DNA from: Candidatus Latescibacterota bacterium
GTDB lineage: Bacteria > Latescibacterota > UBA2968 > SICM01
Reading direction: 5' to 3'
NCBI GenBank assembly: GCA_965217865.1
Contig: CBDCJO010000002.1
Coordinates: 128,001 to 192,000, forward strand
DNA: 64,000 nt
Below, one piece after another: positions 54,675-63,810 of this stretch (its first letter is position 1; each line of letters starts with the position of its first letter). The translations under genes were made by a program, and so were the position numbers. The notes beneath the pieces are model-generated. The model ran no database searches. It worked only from the letters and a program-made list of their open reading frames with translations, and had not been told where the DNA came from.

Positions 54675-55165
54675 GTCCGGGGTGTAACCCGGTTTCGTTT
54701 ATATAAGTATAAGGTTCGGAAACCGCCGCGACAAGAACAACACCATGCTGGCCGAAATTGCATCCGGAAGATTTCCGGCAAAAGTGGATAAGGTAGACAG
54801 CGTCACTTCCGCGCTGCCCTCATTTCTTCATCTGCGCGGCGACTCCCGAAGGCAGGCTGAGCCTTCGCTAAAGGACATCCATCGTCCGTTTCCGGGTTCC
54901 GCTCTCGCAATCGATTAACTGAATGTCGGGACGGATCCAGCAATAGAGCTTCGAAAGGGCGGCCGCGGTTCGTACGGCCGAGGGGTACTGCCACTATACG
55001 GAGATCATGCCGGACGAGCCGGGGTTCAGGCCGGATTTCGTGGTGGCCGGCAGCACGGAGCGCGGGAATTCACCGCCGCCTCGGCGAACATCGGATCGCT
55101 ATGATGCGCAATAGGATCGAGTTGTTCGAATTCCCCTTAACTTTCCACAACCGGAGAAACAACCT

Positions 55166-55414
55166 ATGAATGGTGACACGCAAATTATCGTGAGTGGTCG
55201 TGAGTACAAGGTCTCTGGCAATGTCGTGACCTACGAGCAGGTCGTGAAGATCTGGAACGAGCTCCATGATGCAGAGAACAAGCACATCATCGGCACGCCC
55301 GGCATCGACTACGAAGACAGCCTGAAAGGCGAGGACGGTGTCCTCCTGCCGGGCAAGGACGTTGAAGTCAAGGACGGCACGAGCTTCTCGGTAGACCCCG
55401 AGCATGTCTCGTGA
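55166..55414 (+). CDS. Ubiquitin-like (multi-ubiquitin family) protein
   Basis: QIIVSGRE...VTYEQVV...IDY...G.LLPGKDVEVKDGTSFSV beta-grasp pattern; RBS GGAG. Confidence 0.8.
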   Translation: MNGDTQIIVSGREYKVSGNVVTYEQVVKIWNELHDAENKHIIGTPGIDYEDSLKGEDGVLLPGKDVEVKDGTSFSVDPEHVS

Positions 55415-56592
55415 GGGACCGTCTCTCCACGTTCGCTGAGCAGGCCGGGTTTGCCGTCAGGGTCGATTCCGACGTCGTCCTGGCCGTCCGGGTTCCTTGT
55501 CTGCTTGCAGACGGGGTTGTTGGCACTTGTACCATTGAGAAGTCCTACGACCCTATGAACGGGAAACCGAATGACCGGATAGGTGGCGCAGTCCATGCGG
55601 TGCGGATCACCGCTGACGAAGAGCACGACGGGCGCGTGTACCACGCGGACGGGAACCCGATTGAGAGCTACATCGCCGGCGACGGCAAGACCTGGTCGAA
55701 CATCTCCATCCGGAAAGGTAGCCAAAACAGCCCGGAGGAGGACGTGTCGGCGAGCGACTTGATCCACCGCTATGCGAAGCAGATCGTCGGGGCCGTGTCG
55801 GCGGACGGCTACTCCGAAACCGCTTCTCTCGGGAGGCGGGGTCCGTTCAAGATCCCGAACACTTTCGAGGCACGAGCGGCGATAGGCTCGGTTCAGGATC
55901 GCATCCGTGATCAGAGCATTGCGATCATCGGCTTGGGCGGAACGGGCGCCTACGTCCTAGACCTTATTGCGAAGACGCCAGTGGCGGAAATCCATCTTTT
56001 GGATTCCGACGACGTTGACTGGCACAACTTCATGCGCTCACCGGGCGCACCTACTGTCGAGGAGATTGAGTCGCGTCCCAAGGGGCGCCTGCGCAAAGTG
56101 GACTACTACCATTCCAAGTATGCCTCCCTCCGGGAAGGCATCCACCCGCACGCTGTTCGAGTGGACAGCCCGTCCATATTCGCCGAGTTTCTGTCGGCGC
56201 ATCCCGTCGACTATGTCTTCGTGTGTATCGACCAACTGACCGACGGCGATTCGCCGCGTCAGAACGTCGTCTACTGCGCGCTCTCAGCGGCGGAGGTCCC
56301 GTTCATAGACTCGGGTGTGAGCATTACGCTGGAAGACCACGCCGTCAGAGGGGCTGTGACGACGAGCGCCTATGCCGCAGGCTCTCGCGCGTGGAAGGAT
56401 GCCATTCCGAATGCCAGAGTCGAGGGCAATGTCCCCGGCTACCGCAACGTCCAGCTGCCGGAAGTGAACGCGTTGGCGGCGTCGCTTGCCGTGATGGAGT
56501 GGCGGCGTCGCACGGAACAGTATGTTTCGGGGTCGGCTTCGTTCCTCCACAAGTTCCGGCTCGAGACGCCGCGCATTGTCACAGCAGACTGA
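55411..56592 (+). CDS. E1/ThiF-family adenylyltransferase with an N-terminal DUF6791-like domain
   Basis: IAIIGLGGTGAYVLDLIAKTPV, D.D...HNFMRSPGA, YRNVQLPEVNALAA; GTGA overlap with the Ubl stop. Confidence 0.85.
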   Translation: MRDRLSTFAEQAGFAVRVDSDVVLAVRVPCLLADGVVGTCTIEKSYDPMNGKPNDRIGGAVHAVRITADEEHDGRVYHADGNPIESYIAGDGKTWSNISIRKGSQNSPEEDVSASDLIHRYAKQIVGAVSADGYSETASLGRRGPFKIPNTFEARAAIGSVQDRIRDQSIAIIGLGGTGAYVLDLIAKTPVAEIHLLDSDDVDWHNFMRSPGAPTVEEIESRPKGRLRKVDYYHSKYASLREGIHPHAVRVDSPSIFAEFLSAHPVDYVFVCIDQLTDGDSPRQNVVYCALSAAEVPFIDSGVSITLEDHAVRGAVTTSAYAAGSRAWKDAIPNARVEGNVPGYRNVQLPEVNALAASLAVMEWRRRTEQYVSGSASFLHKFRLETPRIVTAD

Positions 56593-56601
56593 CTCGCAGG
56601 A

Positions 56602-57027
56602 ATGACGCCCGTGAAACTCCGCCCCGTCTTCGTAGACGTATTGCCCGATTTTGACGCAATCAAAGCCGGTGAGCTCTGGATTAGCCACAAGTACCGGACT
56701 GTCAACCTGCGCTGCCCCTGCGGTTGCGGCGATCTGACAGTGCTGTCTCTCCACCCAAGCCGCTGGCACGTTCATTTCGATGGCAAGTCGGTCTCTCTGG
56801 ACGGTCCTAGGGGTGGGTCCGTGTGGGCCAATTCCGGCTGCGGCAGCCACTACTTCATAAGGAACAACGCTGTCATTTGGGCGCGTAGAATCGATCCAGG
56901 CCGTCATTCGGAGTATGCCCAAGTCGAACGGACGCGGCTGATTGCGTCTCAACGGAGCCGTCTGGCTTGGCGCTCCTGGCTCAAAGGTGTTTTCCGCTGT
57001 CTGTCGCTAGGGAGTTGGCGTAAGTAG
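56602..57027 (+). CDS. DUF6527-family protein (putative peptidase)
   Basis: GELWIS...CPCGCG...W...FDG..VSL...CGSHYFIRNNAVIW. Confidence 0.85.
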   Translation: MTPVKLRPVFVDVLPDFDAIKAGELWISHKYRTVNLRCPCGCGDLTVLSLHPSRWHVHFDGKSVSLDGPRGGSVWANSGCGSHYFIRNNAVIWARRIDPGRHSEYAQVERTRLIASQRSRLAWRSWLKGVFRCLSLGSWRK

Positions 57028-57111
57028 AGCGCCGCATTTCTTCTGGGTTGACCAGACGCGTGACCCGCGAGTGTGTGCTTGATTGCGTTCTAGTCGGTAC
57101 GTACATTGGGG

Positions 57112-57420
57112 TGATATGACCCGGGAAAAGTGAACAGTGGTTTAAGCCGCTTTCTGCAGCGATAGGCGTTCAAAAAGGGCCGGGGACACATAGTCCAGGT
57201 AAGCGTGCAGCCGCTGATTGTTGTAAAACATTTCGATGTACTCGAAGAGTTCGCGCTCTGCATGATCGAGGTCGATCAAGTCGACGTGATACAGCCATTC
57301 GGTCTTCAAGGTTTTGAAGAATGACTCGGAGACGGCATTGTCCCAGCAATCGGCCTTCTTGCTCATGCTTTGAACAAACTGATGCGCGTCGACGGCCTTT
57401 CGGAAGCCATCGCTACAGCC
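57112..57420 (-). mobile_element. IS3-family right-end remnant
   Basis: MSKKADCWDNAVSESFFKTLKTE; near-identical to 33763-33985. Confidence 0.9.
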
Positions 57421-57775
57421 GATTGGCCGGAGGACTTCGCGAATGGCACCGCTCGACAGATATCAATTGGCGGACGACAGGTTTCGGTTATATTTGAGAA
57501 GGTTGGTGACATCCCCTGATCTCAGGGCATCACTCTTGAGAAGTTCGGGCTAGTTACGCCCCACCCTCCGGGAGCAGCACCAAGGGCGTCACGGAGGGAT
57601 CGGAAACCAGTATCTCTTGGAAGGCGACCTTTTCAACACGGTCGGGGGTGGAGACCGTCCGCTCAAACGGGCTCAACGAAGTCAATCATCGTTTGGATGC
57701 CGCGCTGCAATCCTCCCCGCTTTCACAACACTATGATGACGAGGACTCATTCCAAGCTCTTCATGGAATGTCGAC

Positions 57776-60700
57776 TTGTCGACCGGTCGAATAACCACCA
57801 CGCGACGCGAAAACAGGTCTATGAATACAACCAGATACAGCCATCCCTCCTCAAGTGTGTTGCGCGCATGCCTGTTCGCATTGGTCTGTCTCACCTTCTC
57901 GTCTGTCGGGGGATATGCTTCTCCTCAGCCATCGGAAGCCGACAACGTGCATTTTTGCCGACCCCTCGATTTTGAAGAAACGAGAGACCGCGATAGCTCC
58001 TATGCCGCTCGCAAGCAGGCGTTTGACTTGAATGTTGGGGAACCCCGCACCGTACGGATGATCTACTTCTTGCCCAATGACCGCCCGTTTCGCGCAGAAG
58101 TGGTTCAGCGGATGAAAGATGAGATTCGCCAGATTCAGGCCTTCTATGCAGAACAGATGCAGGCGCACGGATACGGGAACAAAACCTTCCGCATTGAAAC
58201 GGATGCGCAGGGCGAGCCGATGGTTCATCACGTGGATGGTCAACACCCCGATAGTCACTATCTTGACAACACATTCCAGGCTATGAATGACGAGATTGAA
58301 CAGGTGTTTGATCGTGATGCGAACATTTACTTCACCGTCATTGACAATAGTATAGATGGAATTCGTACTGGGCGTGTTTGGAATGCGGGAGGAACAGGAG
58401 GCGACCGGGGAAAAAATGCTGGCTTTGTGTTGGTTCCTGGGGGATTTAGCTTCAGGACGGCGGCACATGAACTTGGACATGCTTTCAGATTGAAGCACGA
58501 TTTCAACGATGATACGTACATCATGTCGTATGGCGGCGGCCAGCGACGCTCTCTATCTGCGTGCAATGCCGAATTTTTGGCTGTGCATCCCTACTTCGAT
58601 CCCAGTGTTGAAGCGCAAGAAGCTCCGCCGCCGACAATCGAACTCATTTCACAGACCGGCTATCCGGCAGGCTCAAGAAGCGTCTCCGTTCAACTCGAAG
58701 TCAGCGACCCGGAAGGACTTCACCAAGTGCTCCTGTTCGTTAGAACAAGAGAAACACACTACGCCGCCGGATCGCTTGAAGTGAAGGCGTGTCGTGGATT
58801 GAAGGGCGCAAGAGAAGCCGTCGTTGAATTTGATTATAACGGTGTTATCCCATCTGATGGTTTGACGAGTCTTTCCAACCCTGACGCGCATCCGATTCAT
58901 GTCGAGGCCGTTGATACGGATGGGAATGTGGGCTATGCGTATTTTACCCTTGTGAAAATTTCGCCACAACATATCGCCACCCTGGGGGGGCATACGCGTT
59001 TTGTCCGATCTGTTGCGTTTTCACCCGATGGCACGACCCTCGCTTCGGGGTCACAGGATAGCACAGTCAAGCTGTGGAATGTTGCGACACGAACAAATAT
59101 CGCCACCCTGGGACACACGCATTTGGTTCGTTCTGTGGCATTTTCACCCGACGGAACAACCCTCGCTTCAGGGTCGAATGATGAAGCAGTTAAGCTGTGG
59201 GACATTGCGACACGAACAAACATCGCCACCCTTGAGGGGCATACGCGTGTTGTCCGATCTGTTGCGTTTTCACCCGATGGCACAACACTCGCTTCAGGGG
59301 CAGCGAGCGAAATCAAGCTATGGGACGTGGCGACAGGACGCAATATCGCCACCCTTGGGCATCCGTATATTGTCGACGCTGTTGCGTTCTCGCCCGATGG
59401 AACAACGCTCGCTTCAGGATCGGATGATGAAACGGTCAAGCTGTGGGACATTGCAACGCGAACAAATATCGCTACCCTGGAGGGGCATAAGTCCTGGGTC
59501 AATTCGGTGTCGTTTTCACCCGACGGGACAACGCTCGCTTCAGGATCGGATGATGAAACGGTCAAGCTGTGGGACATTGCAACGCGAACAAATATCGCCA
59601 CCCTTGAGGGGCATAAGTCTTCTGTCCGTTCTGTTGCGTTCTCGCCCAATGGCACGACCCTCGCTTCGGGGTCACGGGATAACGCTTCAGGGTCATTGGA
59701 TAACACGGTCAAGCTGTGGGACGTGGCGACGGGACAAAATATCGCGACTTATAGGCATAGGGATAAGCATTCTGGTCAGGTGCAATCTGTCTATTCTGTA
59801 GCGTTTTCACCCAATGGCACGACCCTCGCCTCGGGGGCAGGGTCTTGGGATGGGAATGGCACGGTCATTCTGTGGGATGTATCTGGGCGGTTACGACCCC
59901 GTCCTCGAACGCTTGTGAAAATCTCAGGCGACAACCAGCAGGGCACGCCCGGTGCCGCGTTGTCGAACCCCATGGTCGTTGAAGTGAACGATCAGTACGA
60001 TCATCCCTTACCGGGTGCGCAAATCATGTTTACGGTCACCGCGGGCGAGGGGAGGCTCAGCGGGAGATTCACTGTCGAGCACGCAAAGACCGGTGCCAAC
60101 GGCAGAGCAGAGAACACTCTGACACTTGGGAGCATTCCGGGGCCGAACACCGTTGAGGTATCTGTCACTGGACTTGAGCCTGTGACCTTCAACGCTGTGG
60201 GAGTTGGAACGTCCACCACATCAATCATGGGTGGTGATTATCGGACATGGCATTTACCCGATGGCGCAATAATCCGCCTGGGAAAAGGACGCATTGGTGA
60301 GGGCGACAGGGCAGTGGCGTTTTCGCCGGATGGTCAACGCCTCGCCGTGGCAAGTGGTATCGGTGTCTGGCTTTACGATGTGGCGACCTCTCGTGAACTC
60401 GCGCTATTCACCGGACACACGGGTGATGTCAGGACCGTGGCGTTCTCTCCCAATGGCACGATGCTGGCTTCCGGGTCTTATAATCACACAGGGTCACGAG
60501 ATAGTGGTACGCTCAATCTGTGGAACGTGGCGACAGGAGAAAATATCGCCACCCTTGGGGGGTACAACCGCACTTGGCGGGAGTCTGTCCAGTCTGTGGC
60601 GTTCTCACCCGACGGCACAACACTCGCCTCGGGGTCTCATGGTGATATCAAGCTATGGGACGTAGCGACACGGACAAATATCGCCACCCTTGAGGAGCAT

Positions 60701-61318
60701 ACGGAGTGGGTCTTTTCTGTGGCATTTTCACCCGATGGCACAACACTCGCCTCGGGATCACAGGACCGCACGGTTAAACTGTGGGATGTGGCGACGCGAA
60801 CAAATACCGCTACCCTGAGGCATGGGACTGGGGACGAGGGCATCATCCGTTCTGTTGCGTTCTCACCCGACGGCACAACACTCGCCTCGGGAGCGTGGGC
60901 TAAAACGGTCAAACTGTGGAACGTGACGACAGGAGAAAATATCGCCACACTAAAGCATCATACGTATAATGTCGAGGCCGTGGCGTTTTCACCCGATGGG
61001 ACGACACTCGCTTCAGGGTCTTATGATGATGTCAACCTATGGGACGTAGCGACGGGAGTAAATATCGCCACCCTTGCACATACGAGTACGGCTTTTTCTG
61101 TGGCGTTCTCACCAGACGGCACAATGCTCGCTGCAGGATTACGGGATGATGGAACGGTCAGACTATGGAATTTCACAACACAAAACATCGCCATACTAAG
61201 GCATAGTACCAGGGTTGAATCTGTTGCGTTTTCACCCGATTCCAGTACATTCGGTTTGAAAAGGAAAACGCTCAATGCGTTGGATTCTCGGGCGGGCCGC
61301 TATATCTTATGTCCGTGA
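57776..61318 (+). CDS. Zinc metallopeptidase + WD40 x7 + Ig-like + WD40 x8 surface protein; native start and C-terminus both appear lost
   Basis: AAHELGH; 15 (A/S)FSP(D/N) blades; KISGDNQQG Ig-like domain; junctions at about 57852 and 61245. Confidence 0.88.
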   Translation: MSTGRITTTRRENRSMNTTRYSHPSSSVLRACLFALVCLTFSSVGGYASPQPSEADNVHFCRPLDFEETRDRDSSYAARKQAFDLNVGEPRTVRMIYFLPNDRPFRAEVVQRMKDEIRQIQAFYAEQMQAHGYGNKTFRIETDAQGEPMVHHVDGQHPDSHYLDNTFQAMNDEIEQVFDRDANIYFTVIDNSIDGIRTGRVWNAGGTGGDRGKNAGFVLVPGGFSFRTAAHELGHAFRLKHDFNDDTYIMSYGGGQRRSLSACNAEFLAVHPYFDPSVEAQEAPPPTIELISQTGYPAGSRSVSVQLEVSDPEGLHQVLLFVRTRETHYAAGSLEVKACRGLKGAREAVVEFDYNGVIPSDGLTSLSNPDAHPIHVEAVDTDGNVGYAYFTLVKISPQHIATLGGHTRFVRSVAFSPDGTTLASGSQDSTVKLWNVATRTNIATLGHTHLVRSVAFSPDGTTLASGSNDEAVKLWDIATRTNIATLEGHTRVVRSVAFSPDGTTLASGAASEIKLWDVATGRNIATLGHPYIVDAVAFSPDGTTLASGSDDETVKLWDIATRTNIATLEGHKSWVNSVSFSPDGTTLASGSDDETVKLWDIATRTNIATLEGHKSSVRSVAFSPNGTTLASGSRDNASGSLDNTVKLWDVATGQNIATYRHRDKHSGQVQSVYSVAFSPNGTTLASGAGSWDGNGTVILWDVSGRLRPRPRTLVKISGDNQQGTPGAALSNPMVVEVNDQYDHPLPGAQIMFTVTAGEGRLSGRFTVEHAKTGANGRAENTLTLGSIPGPNTVEVSVTGLEPVTFNAVGVGTSTTSIMGGDYRTWHLPDGAIIRLGKGRIGEGDRAVAFSPDGQRLAVASGIGVWLYDVATSRELALFTGHTGDVRTVAFSPNGTMLASGSYNHTGSRDSGTLNLWNVATGENIATLGGYNRTWRESVQSVAFSPDGTTLASGSHGDIKLWDVATRTNIATLEEHTEWVFSVAFSPDGTTLASGSQDRTVKLWDVATRTNTATLRHGTGDEGIIRSVAFSPDGTTLASGAWAKTVKLWNVTTGENIATLKHHTYNVEAVAFSPDGTTLASGSYDDVNLWDVATGVNIATLAHTSTAFSVAFSPDGTMLAAGLRDDGTVRLWNFTTQNIAILRHSTRVESVAFSPDSSTFGLKRKTLNALDSRAGRYILCP
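57785..57852 (-). pseudogene. IS3 integrase-core stub replacing the 5' end of the WD40 gene
   Basis: EGWLYLVVFIDLFSRRVV. Confidence 0.7.
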
Positions 61319-61499
61319 GGTTCTTGTCCCGAGAGCGAAAAGTGGAGAAATAACGATAATTGTTGCTCGCAGGGCGCGGGACTGGGGTGTTCCGAATGGA
61401 AGACATATCATTGTGTACAGGTCATCTGAATCCCGTGGGCAACATCTATCACTTAATAGTCGAGGAGGAAAGGCCATTGCGAAAAGGCTTGGGATATGA
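61250..61499 (+). pseudogene. C-terminal fragment of an unrelated hypothetical protein
   Basis: ...HIIVY.SSESRG.HLSLNSRGGKAIAKRLGI stop; no start recognised. Confidence 0.35.
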
Positions 61500-61509
61500 C
61501 CATTCTCCT

Positions 61510-62760
61510 TCAGCTCTCCGGCACATATGGCGATTTCCATAATTGACGAATATCATCGATTTCCTGCTTGATCATGGCAATCCGCTCTATTCCCAGCCCA
61601 AAAGCAAATCCGCTTACCCTCTTGACATTGAAACCCGCCTGGCGTAACATATCTTCTTTCAGAAGCCCGCAGCCGCCCATTCCAAACCATTTTTCGTTCC
61701 ATCTGATATCGAATTCAATACCAGCTTCGACAAACTTGAAATCATGATTGCGCCAACGGATCTCGACTTCTCCGAACACCGCAATGAGCGTTTGCCGGAC
61801 CGTTGATTTCAGGGTCTGAAGATCAGCGGTTTGGTCGATGCAAATCCCATCGACTTGATGGAAGACTTTGGAATGACGTCGATCTTCACTGTCCGATCGA
61901 AAAACTCTTCCGGCCGCGAGCAAACGCACGGGTGGTTTCCGTCCCTTTATCGCCTGAAATGTCGTGTGGGTCGTATGGGTCCGGAGGATTTCATTATCGC
62001 TTACGTGATAAGCCATTTCGGTGACTCCCATATCCTCCTCCACCGATCTATCTACGATTTCCTCACCGCCGATGATTTCATACGAGGACAGGGCGGTCCG
62101 GATCTGTTCCCAGATCGTTCTGACCGGATGCCCTTCGATCTCCATCGGTTTTGGCCTATTGAGCAGCTCCCCCACCACTTTCTCGCTGAAACGTTCATCA
62201 GGTGAATGATCCTTCAGGGATTCGCTGACCATTTCGATCATCCTTTCTTTTAATCTCTTTCTGGAGTCGTGCAGTCGCTTTTTGACGGTGGTCACGGGCA
62301 ACTCCAGAAAATCGCCGATTTCTTTTTGAGAATATCCATCGATGTAGAACAAAGCTGTCACGGTCCTTTCGTGTTCCGCGAGGGTCCGAAGGGCCTGGAT
62401 CACTTTTTCCTTCAATTCTTTCGCTTCCATTATTTCATCGGGAGAAGGCTCAGATGAGGTTATCTCAGTCGTGTCTTCAAGCGAAATTGTTGGAACCGGC
62501 CTGTCCCGCGTGAACCGGTCGCAATGCTTGAAGATGATCTTTCGGAACCATCCGGGGAAAGCATCAGGATTTTGAAGCTGCGAAAGTTTCAAGAAGGCTT
62601 CGATGAATGCCTCCTGCGCGGCATCCTCGGCTAACTGAAAGTCATTGAGGAGCGAGTAGCAATAGCCCACGGCCATATCCTGGAAGCGTCGAACGATCGT
62701 TCCATATGCGTTTAGGTCGCCGGACTTGGTCCGAAGGATTAAAGATTGGAGTTCTTCCAC
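61510..62760 (-). CDS. ECF sigma factor fused to a PheRS-alpha-like (class II aaRS) catalytic domain
   Basis: Sigma2 AEDAAQEAF...FPGWFRKI, sigma4 YSQKEIGDFLELPVTTVKKRL; then HPV, LRTHT, GRVFRSD, HSKVFHQVDG, GCG, GFAFGLGIERIAM...DDIR. Confidence 0.9.
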   Translation of the reverse strand: MEELQSLILRTKSGDLNAYGTIVRRFQDMAVGYCYSLLNDFQLAEDAAQEAFIEAFLKLSQLQNPDAFPGWFRKIIFKHCDRFTRDRPVPTISLEDTTEITSSEPSPDEIMEAKELKEKVIQALRTLAEHERTVTALFYIDGYSQKEIGDFLELPVTTVKKRLHDSRKRLKERMIEMVSESLKDHSPDERFSEKVVGELLNRPKPMEIEGHPVRTIWEQIRTALSSYEIIGGEEIVDRSVEEDMGVTEMAYHVSDNEILRTHTTHTTFQAIKGRKPPVRLLAAGRVFRSDSEDRRHSKVFHQVDGICIDQTADLQTLKSTVRQTLIAVFGEVEIRWRNHDFKFVEAGIEFDIRWNEKWFGMGGCGLLKEDMLRQAGFNVKRVSGFAFGLGIERIAMIKQEIDDIRQLWKSPYVPES

Positions 62761-62796
62761 TTTTTCCCCGTTTCTGAGAAGGTTCCTTCTATAAAG

Positions 62797-62825
62797 TAAG
62801 ACCCGATTCTTCCTTTAAAGGTTAC
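62797..62825 (-). promoter_or_regulatory. Candidate ECF-type (autoregulatory) promoter
   Basis: Minus strand GTAACC-N17-GTCTTA, about 35 bp upstream of the GTG start. Confidence 0.4.
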
Positions 62826-62856
62826 TGAAGTCCTGAAGAAACTTCAATATTATTAT

Positions 62857-63000
62857 GGTAATTAGGAAGATATTGGTACCAGATTCACCAGATATGAAGC
62901 AATAATTGGGAAGAGATCCTCGTCTTCCTGGTTGAATCTGAACTCTGTTTCCTTCAGGTATAAATGGAAATGATGTCGAGGGATTCCTCTGTATTGATAT
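62857..63000 (-). mobile_element. IS1595 right-end remnant
   Basis: Near-identical reverse complement of 32380-32523 including the IR. Confidence 0.9.
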
Positions 63001-63214
63001 ACACGAGACGCCCTCGCCCGACTGCTCTCCGATTTCGACGCGCCGCCGCCCATCGGGCACCGGCTCACGCGGGAGGCTCGGCTCGACATCCGCAGCGTAG
63101 CAGCAGATCCCTTCACTTCGCCCTCGGGCTCGACCACGCGACGCCCGAACTTGAAGACGGGAACTTCCGTTCGAGCAGCCAGACGGCTGGCTGCCATGTC
63201 GGAGGCTCGGCTTC

Positions 63215-63288
63215 AGCGGATGAAGCTGATACCCCGGAAGAGTGAGGTCCTGAGGCCTGACGGCTTGGTCAAGGTCCGCCATAGCCAC
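63215..63288 (-). pseudogene. HigB-like toxin fragment
   Basis: LDQAVRPQDLTLPGYQLHPLK. Confidence 0.55.
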
Positions 63289-63448
63289 CGCAATCCGCTC
63301 CGCCTGATCAGCGCGCAGCTTGCTGAGATCTCCTCGCTCATAAAGCCGCTTGAGGCCACGATGGCGAAAAGCCCGAATGAAGCTGCGGCAGGTCCCTGAT
63401 CCGAGATGGGAGAGGAAAACTGATTTTTGACGCGGCCTTCCCCCTCTG

Positions 63449-63810
63449 CGGTGCGGGCGTGATTACGGTAGATCCTTTCAATACAGCAAGTTACGACTGA
63501 CGAACAGAGAATGGTTCCGGGGAGAGGATCATATGGGGAGCCAGATTCCCATCCGCCAACTTCGGCGGTCGTCCGTTAACGCAAGACTCCGTGGGGCAAC
63601 CCTTCGGGGTCTTGTCGTTTCTGTCGTATTCACAAACACTTGGGCCACCTCCTTCCCCTCTCTGCCGATTCTCTGTTTCGAAGCATTTCCCCCGGTGTCC
63701 GAGCACAACCGTGGGGTTGCGTCCGTTGAGCAGAGATATCTCCTCCGGATTCTCTGATTCTCTGTTTTTCCCGTCGGCTTTATTTAACAGCCTGGTTCGA
63801 CGTTTGGGAA
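63449..63810. repeat. Dispersed repeat, copy 3 (core only)
   Basis: Aligns to 5385-5767 from CGGTGCGGGCGT onward, with substitutions. Confidence 0.92.

Noticed and set aside
55166-57027. CBASS or ThiS/MoaD cofactor-biosynthesis operon
   Set aside because: No CD-NTase or effector, no thiamine or molybdopterin genes, and the Ubl lacks Gly-Gly
57776-61318. Diversity-generating retroelement or retron acting on the WD40 or repeat pairs
   Set aside because: No reverse transcriptase in the window, and differences between copies are not adenine-specific
61510-62200. Housekeeping pheS gene
   Set aside because: No PheS N-terminal coiled coil, no pheT, several conserved residues changed, and it is in frame with a sigma factor
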